From contig NW_021834068.1 of the NCBI RefSeq assembly GCF_006345805.1, forward strand, positions 1 through 27,251: a stretch of DNA of 27,251 bases. Direction: 5' to 3'. Shown here piece by piece: positions 1-11,235 of this stretch. This DNA comes from Octopus sinensis. Lineage: Eukaryota. Under the pieces are notes generated by a model that saw only the letters and a program-made list of their open reading frames with translations, had not been told where the DNA came from and did no database searches. Position numbers and translations under genes: made by a program. The first letter of the stretch is position 1, and each line of letters begins with the position of its first letter.

Positions 1-250
1 CTTCCTCCTCCTCCTCCCCATCTCCTGCCTTTTCTATCCTCTTCCCTCTCTGTCCTCTCTCTCACTGTTTGTGTCTGTATATATATATATGTATGTGCAT
101 ATGTGTGTGAATACGCGTGAATCTGAGTGCTTGCATACATGTATGCATGTAAAAATATATAAGTAAATATACATGTGTGTGTATATATATATATTTTAAA
201 CATGTACATATGTTATACTTATCAATATGTATAATGTACTGTATTAGTAT

Positions 251-294
<44 letters not shown>

Positions 295-540
295 TATACA
301 TACGTATATAATAATATATCATACATATGCATACGTTATATATATATGTAGATATATATACATATATATAATATAATATATATATATATATATAGATATA
401 CATACATACATTTATACGTACATATATATATATATATATGTGTGGTGTGGGGTGTGTGTGTGTGTAAATACATACGCAAGACATACAGGCAAACACATAT
501 CATATACACACGCAAAACACACATACATACACACATTCAT
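1..540. repeat. Compound low-complexity/microsatellite tract: (CCT)n/pyrimidine run, then (TA)n, (TG)n and (CA)n
   Basis: Direct reading; produces the artefactual YIYI/HTHT ORFs at 62-496 and 336-536. Confidence 0.95.
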
Positions 541-864
541 AATACATTCACTCGTCTACTTCTTCATACTGTTGTACCAGAGGCAAAAAGGCTCTATTGT
601 GTACATTGGAAGATCCGTTAATTGCACACCGACAAAGCTCGTTAGACTCACTATGTCTGCTCACCTCCATATGATGGATCATTTACCAATTTACTGACAA
701 TAATACTACCGTATTCTTTTTCATACCTCATACTTCTCTGTAGAGTTTTCTTTAATGTAGGCAGAGGAATCGTCTTGTAAAGTTTGATGTACAAGTCACA
801 TGTAATGCATCTGCGGTTCTGTATTGGTATATGTAAAACAGGTATTCGTTTGAACACCTATGGT

Positions 865-897
865 ATCATCATCATCATCATTATCATCATCATCATT
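865..897. repeat. (ATC)n trinucleotide microsatellite
   Basis: atcatcatcatcatcattatcatcatcatcat. Confidence 0.95.
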
Positions 898-1031
898 TGA
901 TTATACTCTTCACATCTACATCCCACGATCTAAATCTACATGCGTGTTTGTGAGTGTTTGTATATGTGCATACGCATGTATGTACATGTGTTTATATGGT
1001 GTGTATCTGTGTGCATAATATATATATGCAT

Positions 1032-1444
1032 GCAGGAGTGGCTGTGTGGTAAATAGCTTGCTTACGAACCACATGGTTCTGGGTTCAGTCCCACTGCGTG
1101 GCACCTTGGGCAAGTGTCTTCTTCTATAGGCTCAGGTCGACCAACGCCTTGTGAGTGGATTTGGTAGACGGAAACTGAAAGAAGCCCGTCGTATATAGCT
1201 ATGTATATATATGTATGTGTGTATATGTTTGAGCGTCTGTGTTTGTTCCCCCAGCATCGCTTAACAACCGAAGCTGGTGTGTTTACGTCCTCGTAACTTA
1301 GCGGTTCAGCAAAACAGACCGATAGAATAAATACTAGGCTTACAAAGAATAAGTCCTGAGGTTGATTTGCTCGAATAAAGGCGGTGCTCCAGCATGGCCA
1401 CAGTCAAATGACTGAAACAAGTAAAATAGTAAAGAGTAAAAGAA
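1032..1444 (+). mobile_element. tRNA-derived SINE, family A, near full length
   Basis: Pol III A-box-like TGGCTGTGTGG and B-box-like GGTTCAGTCCC; CORE-like ACCTTGGGCAAGT; internal TA/TG microsatellite; 3' tail GAAACAAGTAAAA(GAGTAAAA)n. Homologous to copies at 4166, 11584, 12028, 15168, 15627, 17089 and 17354. Confidence 0.92.
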
Positions 1445-1491
1445 TATATTTGTATGTATGTATTTATGTATGTATATGTGTATTATGTTAA

Positions 1492-1744
1492 AGCGCGTAG
1501 CTTAGTGGTTAGGGTACTCAACTCATGATTGTAAGGTCATTAGTTCAATTCCCAGCAACGGGTTGTGTCCTTGAGAAAGACGCTTTATTTCACGTTGCTC
1601 CAGTTCACTCAGGTGGCAAAAATGAGTAGCACTTGTATTCCACAGGGCCATCCCTGTTGCACCATGTGTCACGCTGAATCTCCCTCAGAACTACGTTAAG
1701 ATTACAGGTATCTGTAGAGCGCACAGCCACTTGCACCTTAATTT

Positions 1745-1745
<1 letters not shown>
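1492..1745 (+). mobile_element. tRNA-derived SINE, family B, 3' truncated at a (TA)n/(TG)n tract
   Basis: A-box TAGCTTAGTGG, B-box-like AGTTCAATTCCC, TGTGTCCTTGAG motif, centre ATTTCACGTTGCTCCAGTTCACTCAG...AAATGAGTA shared with the 13015 copy. Confidence 0.75.
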
Positions 1746-1787
<42 letters not shown>

Positions 1788-1950
1788 TGTGTGTGTGTAT
1801 ACATATATATATATATGTGTATATATATATATGTATATATATATATGTATATATATATACATACATATATATATGTGTGTGTGTATATATGTCTTTATAT
1901 ATATGTATGTTTATATATATACACACACACACACATATATATATATTCAT
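1744..1950. repeat. Compound (TA)n/(TG)n/(CA)n microsatellite
   Basis: Direct reading. Confidence 0.95.
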
Positions 1951-2073
1951 ATAAAAACGATAATAATCTCAGCTACATTTTACATATATACCTCTTCCAA
2001 TATTAAGATGAATATATGAATATATTGACCCAGACGATATACTCTTATGATAGGGTCATGCATAATCATATAA

Positions 2074-2166
2074 TCTCTTATTTCTTTATTGCCCATAAGG
2101 GGCTAAAGGCAGAGGGGACAAACAAGGACATACAAAGGGATTAAGTCGATTACATCGACCCCAGTG
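2074..2166 (-). mobile_element. Family C SINE, 3' fragment
   Basis: Reverse complement of 3606-3698 with two mismatches. Confidence 0.9.
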
Positions 2167-2329
2167 TAATTGCATCATACATGATAAAAAACTTACACAC
2201 ACACACACACGTATATATACATAAATAATATATATGCATATATAGGTACATGTATATACATACCTACTTATATATGTATATGCATATGCAAATATGGGTA
2301 CAGGAGTCATAGACCGTAAACAACATGAT

Positions 2330-2945
2330 ATACGAAAAACGAAAACATGGAATACGAAGTTTTTTGTGAACAACGAAAAACAAATGGAAAACAAGACAAA
2401 TAACATAAAGAACAGCCTTTTGTCAGTTGTAGGCTGTTTTATCTACTCCGCATTTCGAGCAATTACGATAAGATGCGCCTTCGTCAAAACTGTTGCTCCT
2501 GCAAAACAAATTAAATAAAATTTGGGATTTGTGGAGGGTCAAAGTTGGTAACAAAAACAGGGCAGTGTAAACAAACAGCAAGGTCTGCTAATCCATAACG
2601 AGGTGAGGTGGCGAACGGTGGAGAAAAAGGCTTTGGCAGGAGACAGACAAGAGTTTGTCTTATCTCTGTAGCTGATCGAAAGGAAGGAAACTCAAGTAAG
2701 GAAAAGAAAGATGGCCGATAGTCAGCGTAAAGGAGGAAGAGTGAGGAAGAGAGAGGGACGGATAGAGACGGTGAAGGGGAGAGGAAAAGAATTAGAGAAA
2801 GAGTGAGAAGGGGAGATAAAAAGAATTAGAGAAAGGAAGAGAGAGGAAACGAAAGAGGAGAAGGTAAGAGAACTTGAATAAGAGTCGCACCGAAATTATT
2901 ACGATAAAACTTTCATGTTGTTTACGTTCTATGACGTCCTGTACA
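2330..2945 (-). mobile_element. Probable Penelope-like element remnant: end of the endonuclease ORF plus 3' terminal repeat
   Basis: The minus strand reads ...QDVIERKQHESF..., resembling the RKxxE end of PLE GIY-YIG domains. It is followed by a pyrimidine-rich tract and a TTGACGAAGG...CTCGAAATGCGGAGTA motif typical of PLE terminal repeats. Heavily decayed; family assignment is by recognition only. Confidence 0.45.
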
Positions 2946-3085
2946 CATATATGCATATGTATATACATATATATGTAAGTATGTACATATATGTACGTAT
3001 ATATGAATATATATATATTATATTATTATATAAATGAACACCACGCATATATTCCCAAGTAAGTTTTATGTATATACACACATAC

Positions 3086-3142
<57 letters not shown>

Positions 3143-3235
3143 TAAATACATAAACATACACACACACACAAACAAACACTCACAGACATATATATATATA
3201 TATATATATACATACACACGTAACCTCATGAATTC
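2945..3235. repeat. Compound (TA)n/(TG)n/(CA)n microsatellite
   Basis: Direct reading. Confidence 0.93.
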
Positions 3236-3472
3236 ATATGCATGGAAAGACATATCTGTTGTCAGTTATATCTATTTGAATAGAAATATAAAAAAGATTA
3301 TCTGGCTTCATTTTCGAAATAGTATAATGCAAATGTTCGTTCACGAAAATTTCGCTAATCGTTTAATTATATCAATACTCGCCCACTTAAAGTAATCTTC
3401 CAGCAAAATCACCATCACACAATGTATGACATGGCTGGTACATTGAAGTATATGTAGAGTACGTTCAAAGGG

Positions 3473-3698
3473 AAGGCGGCGAGCTGGCAGATACGTTAGT
3501 ATGCTCAGCGGCATTTCGTCTGCCGCTACGTTCTGAGTTCAAATTCCGCCGAGGTCGACTTTGCCTTTCATTCTTTCGGGATCGATAAATTAAGAACCAG
3601 TTGCGCACTGGGGTCGATGTAATCGACTTAATCCGTTTGTCTGTCCTTGTTTGTCCCCTCTGCCTTTAGCCCCTTATGGGCAATAAAGAAATAAGAGA
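3473..3698 (+). mobile_element. Family C tRNA-derived SINE, monomer
   Basis: Starts AAGGCGGCGAGCTGGCAG, B-box GAGTTCAAATTCC, internal hairpins CCAGTT..CACTGG and GTCGATGTAATCGAC, ends AATAAAGAAATAAG; homologous to the 6172 and 25309 copies. Confidence 0.92.
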
Positions 3699-4165
3699 GG
3701 GGAAAATGAGAGATGTATATGAGAAAACTTGGTAACACTTCAGTAGGAGACACACAATACTTGCTTAACTTTATCTAAAGTTCAAAATAGCTTTATTACA
3801 TAGTGATGGCTTATCTCATATTAGCTGTATATCTTTATATTGGATCTAGGGCCAAAGTTTACAGAAATATTGCTAGTTCTCATTTCAGCTTAACGGCACC
3901 TTGATAATTGCATAATTGGCTTTGTTATTTGAGTAATTTCCCTCGTATTAACAAACTTTCTTTGTTGCTTGTGTGTATTAGCATAACAGTTCTTCTCGCT
4001 ATAGCCTTCAAATAATGTTTGAACAATATACTTGTCTTAAATGTATGTATATATACATATACACATAAATCAATATGTAGAGACACAAACACACACCTAC
4101 ACGCAATTACATGTAAATACATGCATACATGCCCAAGAAATATATAATTCATTTTCTCCTAAGAG

Positions 4166-4529
4166 AGTAGCTTGCTAACCAACCACATGGTTCCGGGTTC
4201 AATCCCACAGCGTGGCATCTTGGGCAAGTGTCTTCTGCTATAGCTGACCAAAGCCTTGTGAGTGAATTTGGTAGACGGAAACTGAAAGAAACCTTTCGTA
4301 TATATGTATATATATATATATGCATGTGTGTGTATGTGTTTGTCCCCCTAGCATTGCTTGACAACCGATGTTTACGTCCCCGTCACTTAGCGGTTCGGCA
4401 AAAGAGACCAATAGAATAAGTACTGGGCTTACAAAGAATAAGTCATGGAGTCGATTTGCTCGACTAAAGGCGGTGCTCCAGCATGGCCGCAGTCAAATGA
4501 CTGAAACAAGTAAAAGAGTAAAAGAGTAA
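4166..4529 (+). mobile_element. Family A SINE, 5' truncated (A-box lost)
   Basis: Colinear with the 1032 copy from AGTAGCTTGCT to the GTAAAAGAGTAAAAGAGTA tail. Confidence 0.92.
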
Positions 4530-4655
4530 GCCACTAAAATGTCTAAAATTTAATCTCAATGCAGTTGTCAATCTAAAACGTTTTGTCGCATGTAATAAGA
4601 TCTGTTCCTCTTGTTTGTAGAGTTAAAACCCCTCAACATTATAAATGCGTACAGG

Positions 4656-4692
<37 letters not shown>

Positions 4693-5299
4693 TCCTGCAC
4701 ATACACATACATAGTATATATGGCTACACTGACACACACCGACACGCTCGTATGCAAATACACACGTGATGAGTTTACACACACTCACACACACACAGAC
4801 ATGTATAAATCTCTCATACATAAACAAATGCTTTATGTAGCATATTTCCCAGGGTAAACAAACATTATGTGTTTCTTAATAAACACACACCACATATTCT
4901 TGTTTCCACAGCGAAAACTAGACAATATGGTTAAACTACATATTATTTTCTCTCTTTGTTAGCAGACAAAGCAGATCAGCCTGTTTATTCTCGGAATTTT
5001 TAAACACTTTATCAGAGGGCAATCACTCATTATTATTTTTTTTTATTGCACTCTAAATAAAATATTGGACATAACAGCTATGCATTGTATACTTAAACCT
5101 AGCAAGAACTGGATCGGTTTGCCTAATGGGCATAACAGTGCAAATGTTTCGCAACATGTATCGCTTAATGTTATTTAAAAGAAGAATTTTACAACGTTCT
5201 TGTTTATTTTATAGATATATCTAAATTTAATATGGGTGCTTAACAAGTGATGACAAGTTACTGGAGTGACACTTAGTTAACGCACAGCAGTGACAGCAA

Positions 5300-5680
5300 G
5301 GAGGCACAATGGCCCAGTGGTTAGGGCAGCGGACTTGCGGTCGGAGGATCGCGGTTTCGATTCCCAGACCGGGCGTTGTGTGTGTTTATTGAGCGAAAAC
5401 ACTTAAAGCTTCGACAGGGAGTGGTGCTGACCACCCGCTGTTGTACTCTTTTGCCGCAAACTTTCTCTCACTCATTCTTCCTGTTTCTTGTCCCCGACTT
5501 CCTACGCAACCGCTGAGCATGGATGCGCACTCATCCATCCGTCGATGCTCTCGGTGTCAGAGGTTGACCTGCTTTCTCTTCTGCGGGTCTCACGAATAGC
5601 AAAAGACCACGTTTCGGACTTCTCCCACTACAGGGTCGAAGACCGTTCGCTCAACAGCAACAGCAACAGCAAAGACAGCA
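5300..5680 (+). mobile_element. Family D tRNA(Arg)-like SINE with tail T3 and (AACAGC)n end
   Basis: A-box TGGCCCAGTGG, B-box GGTTTCGATTCCC, head resembling tRNA-Arg. Possible 14-bp TSD: CAGCAGTGACAGCA (5285-5298) and CAGCAAAGACAGCA (5667-5680), 12/14 identical. First ~190 bp colinear with the 24509 copy. Confidence 0.85.
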
Positions 5681-6171
5681 CCCCAAAGTTCGTAGAAATA
5701 ATATTCCATTGATCCACCCTCCTATCTAGAAACAACAAAAACATGGGAAAATAATACGAAACCCGAACAATAAGCATACATTTTTTAGAAGAAAACAAGG
5801 CAAGTCAAGACAGCTTACTGATGAATCACTTACCATACAAGAGATGTGATGACAAGCCGTCTACAGAGTAGCATGGCATGCAGACAAACGTAATGTTCCG
5901 GATGTAACTGTGTATGTGTGTTTGTATGTCCGTTGTAATAGGTTTGTGATTCCGTGTTTGTACTTCATTGTTATAATCTGAATCATGCTATCGATTTAAA
6001 AAAAAACAGCTGTAGATATTGCAATAAGATGCAATAGCTACTGGAGACTTACATAGATAACACTCAGTTCTTCTTGATATTACAGATAAAAAATTGCTTA
6101 CAGAGTTTAGACGTCTTTGAGTGTTCTTTGTATACTTTATCTTCTTGTAATATATAAGATAGTAATGTGTC

Positions 6172-6589
6172 AAGGCGGCGAGCTGGTAGAGACGTTAGCA
6201 CACCGGGCGAAATGCGTAGCCGTATTTCGTCTGCCGTTACGTTCTGAGTTCAAATTCCGCCGAGGTCGACTTTGCCTTTCATCCTTTCAGGGTCGATAAA
6301 TTACGTACCAGTTACGCACTGGGGTCGATGTAATCGACTTAATCCGTTTGTCTGTCCTTGTTTGTCCCCTCTATGTTTAGCCCCTTGTGGATAATAAAGA
6401 AATACGTATTTCGTCTGCCGTTACGTTCTGAGTTCAAATTCCGCCGAGGTCGACCTTACCATTCATCCTTTCGGGGTCGATAAATTACGTACCAGTTACG
6501 CACTGGGGTCGATATAATCGACTTAGTCCGTCTGTCTGTCCTTTTTTGTCCCCTCAGTGTTTAGCCCCTTGTGAGTAGTAAAGAAATAG
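6172..6589 (+). mobile_element. Family C SINE, dimeric form, with 21-bp target-site duplication
   Basis: Head plus unit 1 (6172-6404), unit 2 (6405-6589); exact flanking repeat ATATATAAGATAGTAATGTGT at 6150-6170 and 6590-6610. Confidence 0.95.
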
Positions 6590-6996
6590 ATATATAAGAT
6601 AGTAATGTGTGATTTGAAGAATATTTAGTTGTTATTTCTAGAAGATTTAACGATTAATACACAAATATACTAGTGAATAAGTATGACAAATGGAAATAAA
6701 AACCGTAAAAACGACCACCCAGTCCTAGCAATTTTCATTAAAGTTCAGCTGTTCATAAAGTGCGATGGCGTAATCCCTTTATATCGGTTCTACCCCCTCC
6801 AATACGCAACACACCCTTAATAAAGCGGTAAAATTCTCTGACGTTACTTTATCCCCCACCCCACCCAACCCTACAAATAATTCGAATCAGTTCAATAATT
6901 CGGTAAGGGAGATCTACGACTGCAACATGTTATGCCATGCATCTGCTCTGATGGAGGAGACCTGGGGCTATAGAACAACAGAAGCAGAAGTAGCAT

Positions 6997-7000
6997 CACC

Positions 7001-7032
<32 letters not shown>

Positions 7033-7037
7033 CAACT
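6997..7037. repeat. (CAC)n(AAC)n compound trinucleotide repeat
   Basis: caccaccaccaccaccaccaacaacaacaacaacaacaac. Confidence 0.93.
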
Positions 7038-8619
7038 AGTTCAACAAATTACCAGTAGGAAATTACTAAACATTTTGGTGGATATCAACAATTGTTAGTG
7101 GGACATATTATATGATACGCTGTATCAAAGATTTGTGATAAGCTAATATCAATCTACATAATAATCTGCTTGTTCGTTCGCCCGTTATACATAATATTTA
7201 ACTTCTGATCTAGTTACGTGTTACTCGACGGAGTTATATGTTTTGCCTTTTATCATCATCATCAGTTACTAGAATTGTTCCAGATACTCCCTATGATTTC
7301 AAAGATTAAAATAGGCGTGTTCTGTTCTGAAGGTAATCACTTCCTTTGCTCGATTTGGTATTATTTTAATTAAAGTTTGGTTGTTAAGGGATTGACATAG
7401 CTTGTGTAATAAATATGTTAACAACATTATAATCATAAAGGGAATTAGAGAAGTGATGTTAACATTATCACTAGAGAATAAATAACTAACCTAACAATTA
7501 TAGAGTCCCAGCAGGTCACCATAATAATTATACTGTCACGATATATTATTCATAGTCACAATAATAATGTTTTGCATCGAATGTCTTTTGAACACTGTTG
7601 AAAACACTGAAATTTATTTTGCGAATACATTAATTTTTCGGCACACGTTTTATAGATTTTTTGACGGGCAAACTGGCACAGATTAAAATCGATTCTATCT
7701 GCTCATTTTTAATGCTTTTTCTTCTTTTATTGTGTGTTTTATTAATTAGTCTATTGTCCTTCTGCGGTAAATTTTTTCAATTGTTAGCGCCTTGTCTAGT
7801 ATTTCTGTTGTAAATAAGTCAGTATATTTTCTTTCAAATGGTTGTATATATATTATTGTCCAGTTTTCTGGTGTTGTGTCAATGAGTTAATATGCCTACA
7901 ACCTGCTGATGTATTTTGCATGGCGATGTGTATTGTATTCATTCTGATGACATTGATCTCATTCAGTAAAGAGCATCAGAAAATATGTATCGATGCCAAG
8001 TGGAAAACATAATGTATGAATGGTTGGTTTGGAGGAATTCCAGACACACCGAGATATAAACTCCAGACGGTAATGTCTAACAGAAGTCTTCGGTTTAAAA
8101 TTTTAGCTGAGTTTCTTCGTTTCAAAATTATCTCTCAGCATAATGTTACTAACATTTTCTGCATAATGCCATCTTGAAGTGTTATTTCTATGCTCGAACA
8201 GATTGGGATTGTCTTATTTGATTAGCATTTTAAATCATTGTATGACTACGGAAAGCTTAGATTATTCAATTAGCATTCAATGAATTTGAAATTATAATTT
8301 CGTATATTGGTTCTGTTATAATTAAGCTAATAATCACGGTAAATTAAATATAGAAATATTTCGATAGTTACTGTGAACAATACAATACTTTCTGATTTTT
8401 CTTTCAACAAAGGAAAGTATGGAAGACCGTGTTGAAATTAAATATCCATTTCAAACCCTGGGACCCTGCAGTGTATACTTTACCAATATTGCGTTTTTTT
8501 CACTGCATCACGTCAGAACCTCTTCCATAACTATTTCATCTTTCTACTTACACCAGAATGTTTGTATGAGATTAAGCCGCTACTTGATTGAATAAAACAT
8601 ATTAATGTAGCTTATTGGT

Positions 8620-8689
8620 TATATATATATATATATATATATATATCTGAATATATTGTGATATATATATATCTGAATATATATATATA

Positions 8690-8731
<42 letters not shown>

Positions 8732-8737
8732 TGTGTA

Positions 8738-8768
<31 letters not shown>

Positions 8769-8772
8769 TGTG
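8620..8772. repeat. (TA)n/(TG)n microsatellite
   Basis: Direct reading. Confidence 0.93.
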
Positions 8773-8789
8773 GATTTATGTTTGTATTT

Positions 8790-8975
8790 ACGCGTCTGTA
8801 TCATTCCTGTCCTGTCATTTTGATAACACCCTTTGATAAACTGATGTCTGTGTTTACATCCTGTAACTTACTCATTCGATAAATAGGGTGCAATCAAATA
8901 AGCTCACGATAAAAGAAATCATTCTAAGGACTATATGATCGAGTAAATTCCTTCAAAGCAGTTTCCCATCGTATA
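8790..8975 (+). mobile_element. Old, degenerate 3' half of a family A-like SINE
   Basis: GATGTCTGTGTTTACATCCTGTAACTTA resembles the family A sequence GATGCTGGTGTGTTTACGTCCCCGTAACTTA, and lies directly after a TA/TG tract as in intact copies. Confidence 0.45.
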
Positions 8976-8989
8976 AATATATATAATGC

Positions 8990-9147
8990 TTCGGGGCATT
9001 TCGTCCGTCTGCACGCTCGGAATTCAAATTCCATCGAGTTGGACTTTGCTTTTCATTCTTTCAAAGTCGATAAAATAAGTACCAGTTGAATTTTGGGGCC
9101 AATGTAATCGACTTAACACCCACCTCGAAACTGCGGCCCATGTCCAT
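8990..9147 (+). mobile_element. Degenerate family C-related SINE
   Basis: GCATTTCGTCCGTC...GAATTCAAATTCC...GACTTTGCTTTTCATTCTTTC...GTCGATAAAATAAGTACCAGTT...ATGTAATCGACTTAA; diverges from the other copies at the 3' end. Confidence 0.7.
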
Positions 9148-9764
9148 GCCGGACCGCTGAAATCTATAGTTTTTTTTTTCTTTCCCTGTTTATTTTCTCT
9201 TATTCCTTTTTGTTGAAGAGCGTAGGCTCGAAACATAAAACTAATACATAACAAGTGTATTAGTTTTACGTTCATTTTCCGAAAGTGAAAGTAATACCCT
9301 TGTTTGTTGTTCATACACCTGTCTTCATCTTTTGCTTTTCTATAAATTTCAACTATATACATAGCTAAAAAAATTATTGGTGTTGCTTATTTGCCATTAC
9401 ACATGTAATTGGAATTACAGAGTTTTACATGTTAGGTAGACATAGAATTAAGTAATACACTATATATATATATATCATATAATCCTCTGTCTGCAGAATT
9501 TCTAATAGGAAATTCCTTAGATGTCTATTTGACATGTAAAACGCTGTAAAAACTCTATTAGGAAATGAAATATATGTAATGGTAAAAAGTAATACCAATA
9601 AATTTTCCAACTTCCTATTTTGTTATATAATACTTCTGCAAGCAATATTTGCCGAATTTTCAACTCTAATATGCACATTGCATCTATAAAACAATAACTG
9701 CAAATACATACTGGATTGTAATAACGGAAGAGGAAACAGCTGAAATGTTATCTTACCTATCTAC

Positions 9765-9800
<36 letters not shown>

Positions 9801-10012
9801 TATAATTTAGGGTATCTAAGAGATACCACCACGCTTGAAATAGCAGCCAAAACTTGAATCTAAAACCATATTAAAAGTTCATACAGCACCAGAAAAGAAG
9901 ACAAAAAGACAAAATAAACTACCAAAAACATTATTAGATAATTCCATATCCCGGATTTCTGGCTCTGCATAAGAAATGCTTTGCCTCATCAGTGGAATAT
10001 ACACGGCACATA

Positions 10013-10068
10013 ATACATACATACATACATACATACATACATACATACATACATACATACATACATAC

Positions 10069-10111
<43 letters not shown>
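10013..10111. repeat. (TACA)n followed by (TA)n
   Basis: Direct reading. Confidence 0.95.
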
Positions 10112-10113
<2 letters not shown>

Positions 10114-10204
10114 CTTACGAATACTTACATATACGAGCGTATTATTGAATATTTCAAATTAAGTTTTAAATATTCGGTACAAGATAGTTTTTAACGAGCT
10201 TTTA

Positions 10205-11235
10205 TCTATATGATTTTTTCATTTCATGTTTATTTCATTCATTGCAATGTCCTTTCTCCCACTCTCTCCCTCTCACACACACATCCTGCCTTTCTAATAT
10301 AAACACACACACTGTCTCTGTTATGTAAACACACACACACGCAGAGTCCAGGTTTGATTTCGTTATAACACAAATATCACATTAGAAATAAAGAAACAAC
10401 AAATATCACATTAGAATATTGCGATTCAACATGGGGCGTCCAAAAAAAAGAAAATATGCTGCTGTAAAAAAAATCATGTAGCAGCAAAGGCACGACAGCA
10501 GAGAGAAAGACTCGCAACTGAGTCACATAAAGTCAGAGCAAAGCGACTGAAACAAATGTCTGAATATGCACGTAGACGTAAAGATGATTCTGCTTCCGCG
10601 ACACAAGACCGACTGGTTACGGTATCTCGAGAGGAGAATATTCTACTTCAGAATAAGACACTGAGTTAGCTTTCACCGTGTGTGACTGTTCAGCTGCCTA
10701 TTGATAATAAGTATCAAATGGGAAGCCTTCCAAACTTCAGTGAGATACTAAAAGAAACACCAGTGCCAACAAATAGGGTGCTGAGAGACGAAACCGCAGG
10801 ATAGACGAAACAGCAGGAGTACAGACGAAAACATTGTTAAACTAGGAGGAATTCTGTTAAAGGATTTGTAATGAAAGCCAGTTTCGGTAATTTTCAAGAG
10901 TAGGATGTCCTGTCTTGAGGGAGTCTCTTTGACGATGTTTGGTCATACTGCAAAACTTACAGATGGGCTGCTGAAATGAAATCTCTACGTTACTTCAGGG
11001 TAAGGTAAAACTGCCCACCCCCACTTAGTTGAACTGCCTTGATATTTGTTTAAAAAAGAGAAATTATGACTGTGATAAAATAATGAAAGCAATATTTACT
11101 AAGCAAGTGAGCACTATTATGCAATGAAATAATTAGACGTAAAATATCATGAAAATTATTAGAAGTGGGAATCAAATATGAAAATATTATGAATCGAGTA
11201 GCAGAAAACCGCCCGGAGGGTGGTCATTCTGCTAG
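10205..11235 (+). mobile_element. Non-autonomous Helitron (internal-deletion derivative); 5' end tentative
   Basis: 3' end: GC-rich hairpin ACCGCCC-GGA-GGGTGGT (11208-11224) 11 nt upstream of CTAG (11232-11235), followed by T. Candidate 5' end A|TCTATA at 10204/10205. Decayed Helitron-type N-terminal coding sequence lies inside. Confidence 0.75.
10431..11060 (+). pseudogene. Decayed N-terminus of a Helitron Rep-helicase protein (basic leader and CxxC...CC-GKVKLP zinc-finger-like region)
   Basis: MGRPKKRKYAAVKK, then a frameshift in an A8 run to NHVAAKARQQRERLATESHKVRAKRLKQMSEYARRR. At 10919-11048: GSLFDDVWSYCKTYRWAAEMKSLRY / QGKVKLP / HLVELP*YL, matching the Helitron G.M...C..C...W..E...CC..GKV.LP.L...P pattern with three of the four Cys codons one substitution away. 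Several stops and frameshifts. Confidence 0.65.

Noticed and set aside
651-857. 68-aa minus-strand ORF and a possible donor GAG|GTATGA in unique sequence
   Set aside because: No recognisable motif, and the upstream acceptor context is a (GAT)n repeat, not a pyrimidine tract.
5300-5372. tRNA-Arg-like sequence (also at 24509, 1492 and the family A heads)
   Set aside because: No complete cloverleaf or acceptor stem, and it runs directly into SINE bodies; these are SINE heads, not tRNA genes.
5818-5870. CTGATGA followed by ATCAC/GTGAT pairing, resembling a hammerhead
   Set aside because: GACA replaces the invariant GAAA and no stem I can form.
6172-6589. Direct repeats resembling a repeat-spacer array
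   Set aside because: These are ~185-bp SINE units with no unique spacers and no cas genes, in eukaryotic DNA; not CRISPR.
7560-8110. Short open stretches on the minus strand suggesting a decayed transposase
   Set aside because: Multiple stops and no convincing motif, TIR or TSD.
10985-11006. Strong splice-donor-like AGG|GTAAGG
   Set aside because: Better explained as the G-K-V codons (GGT AAG GTA) of the Helitron motif.
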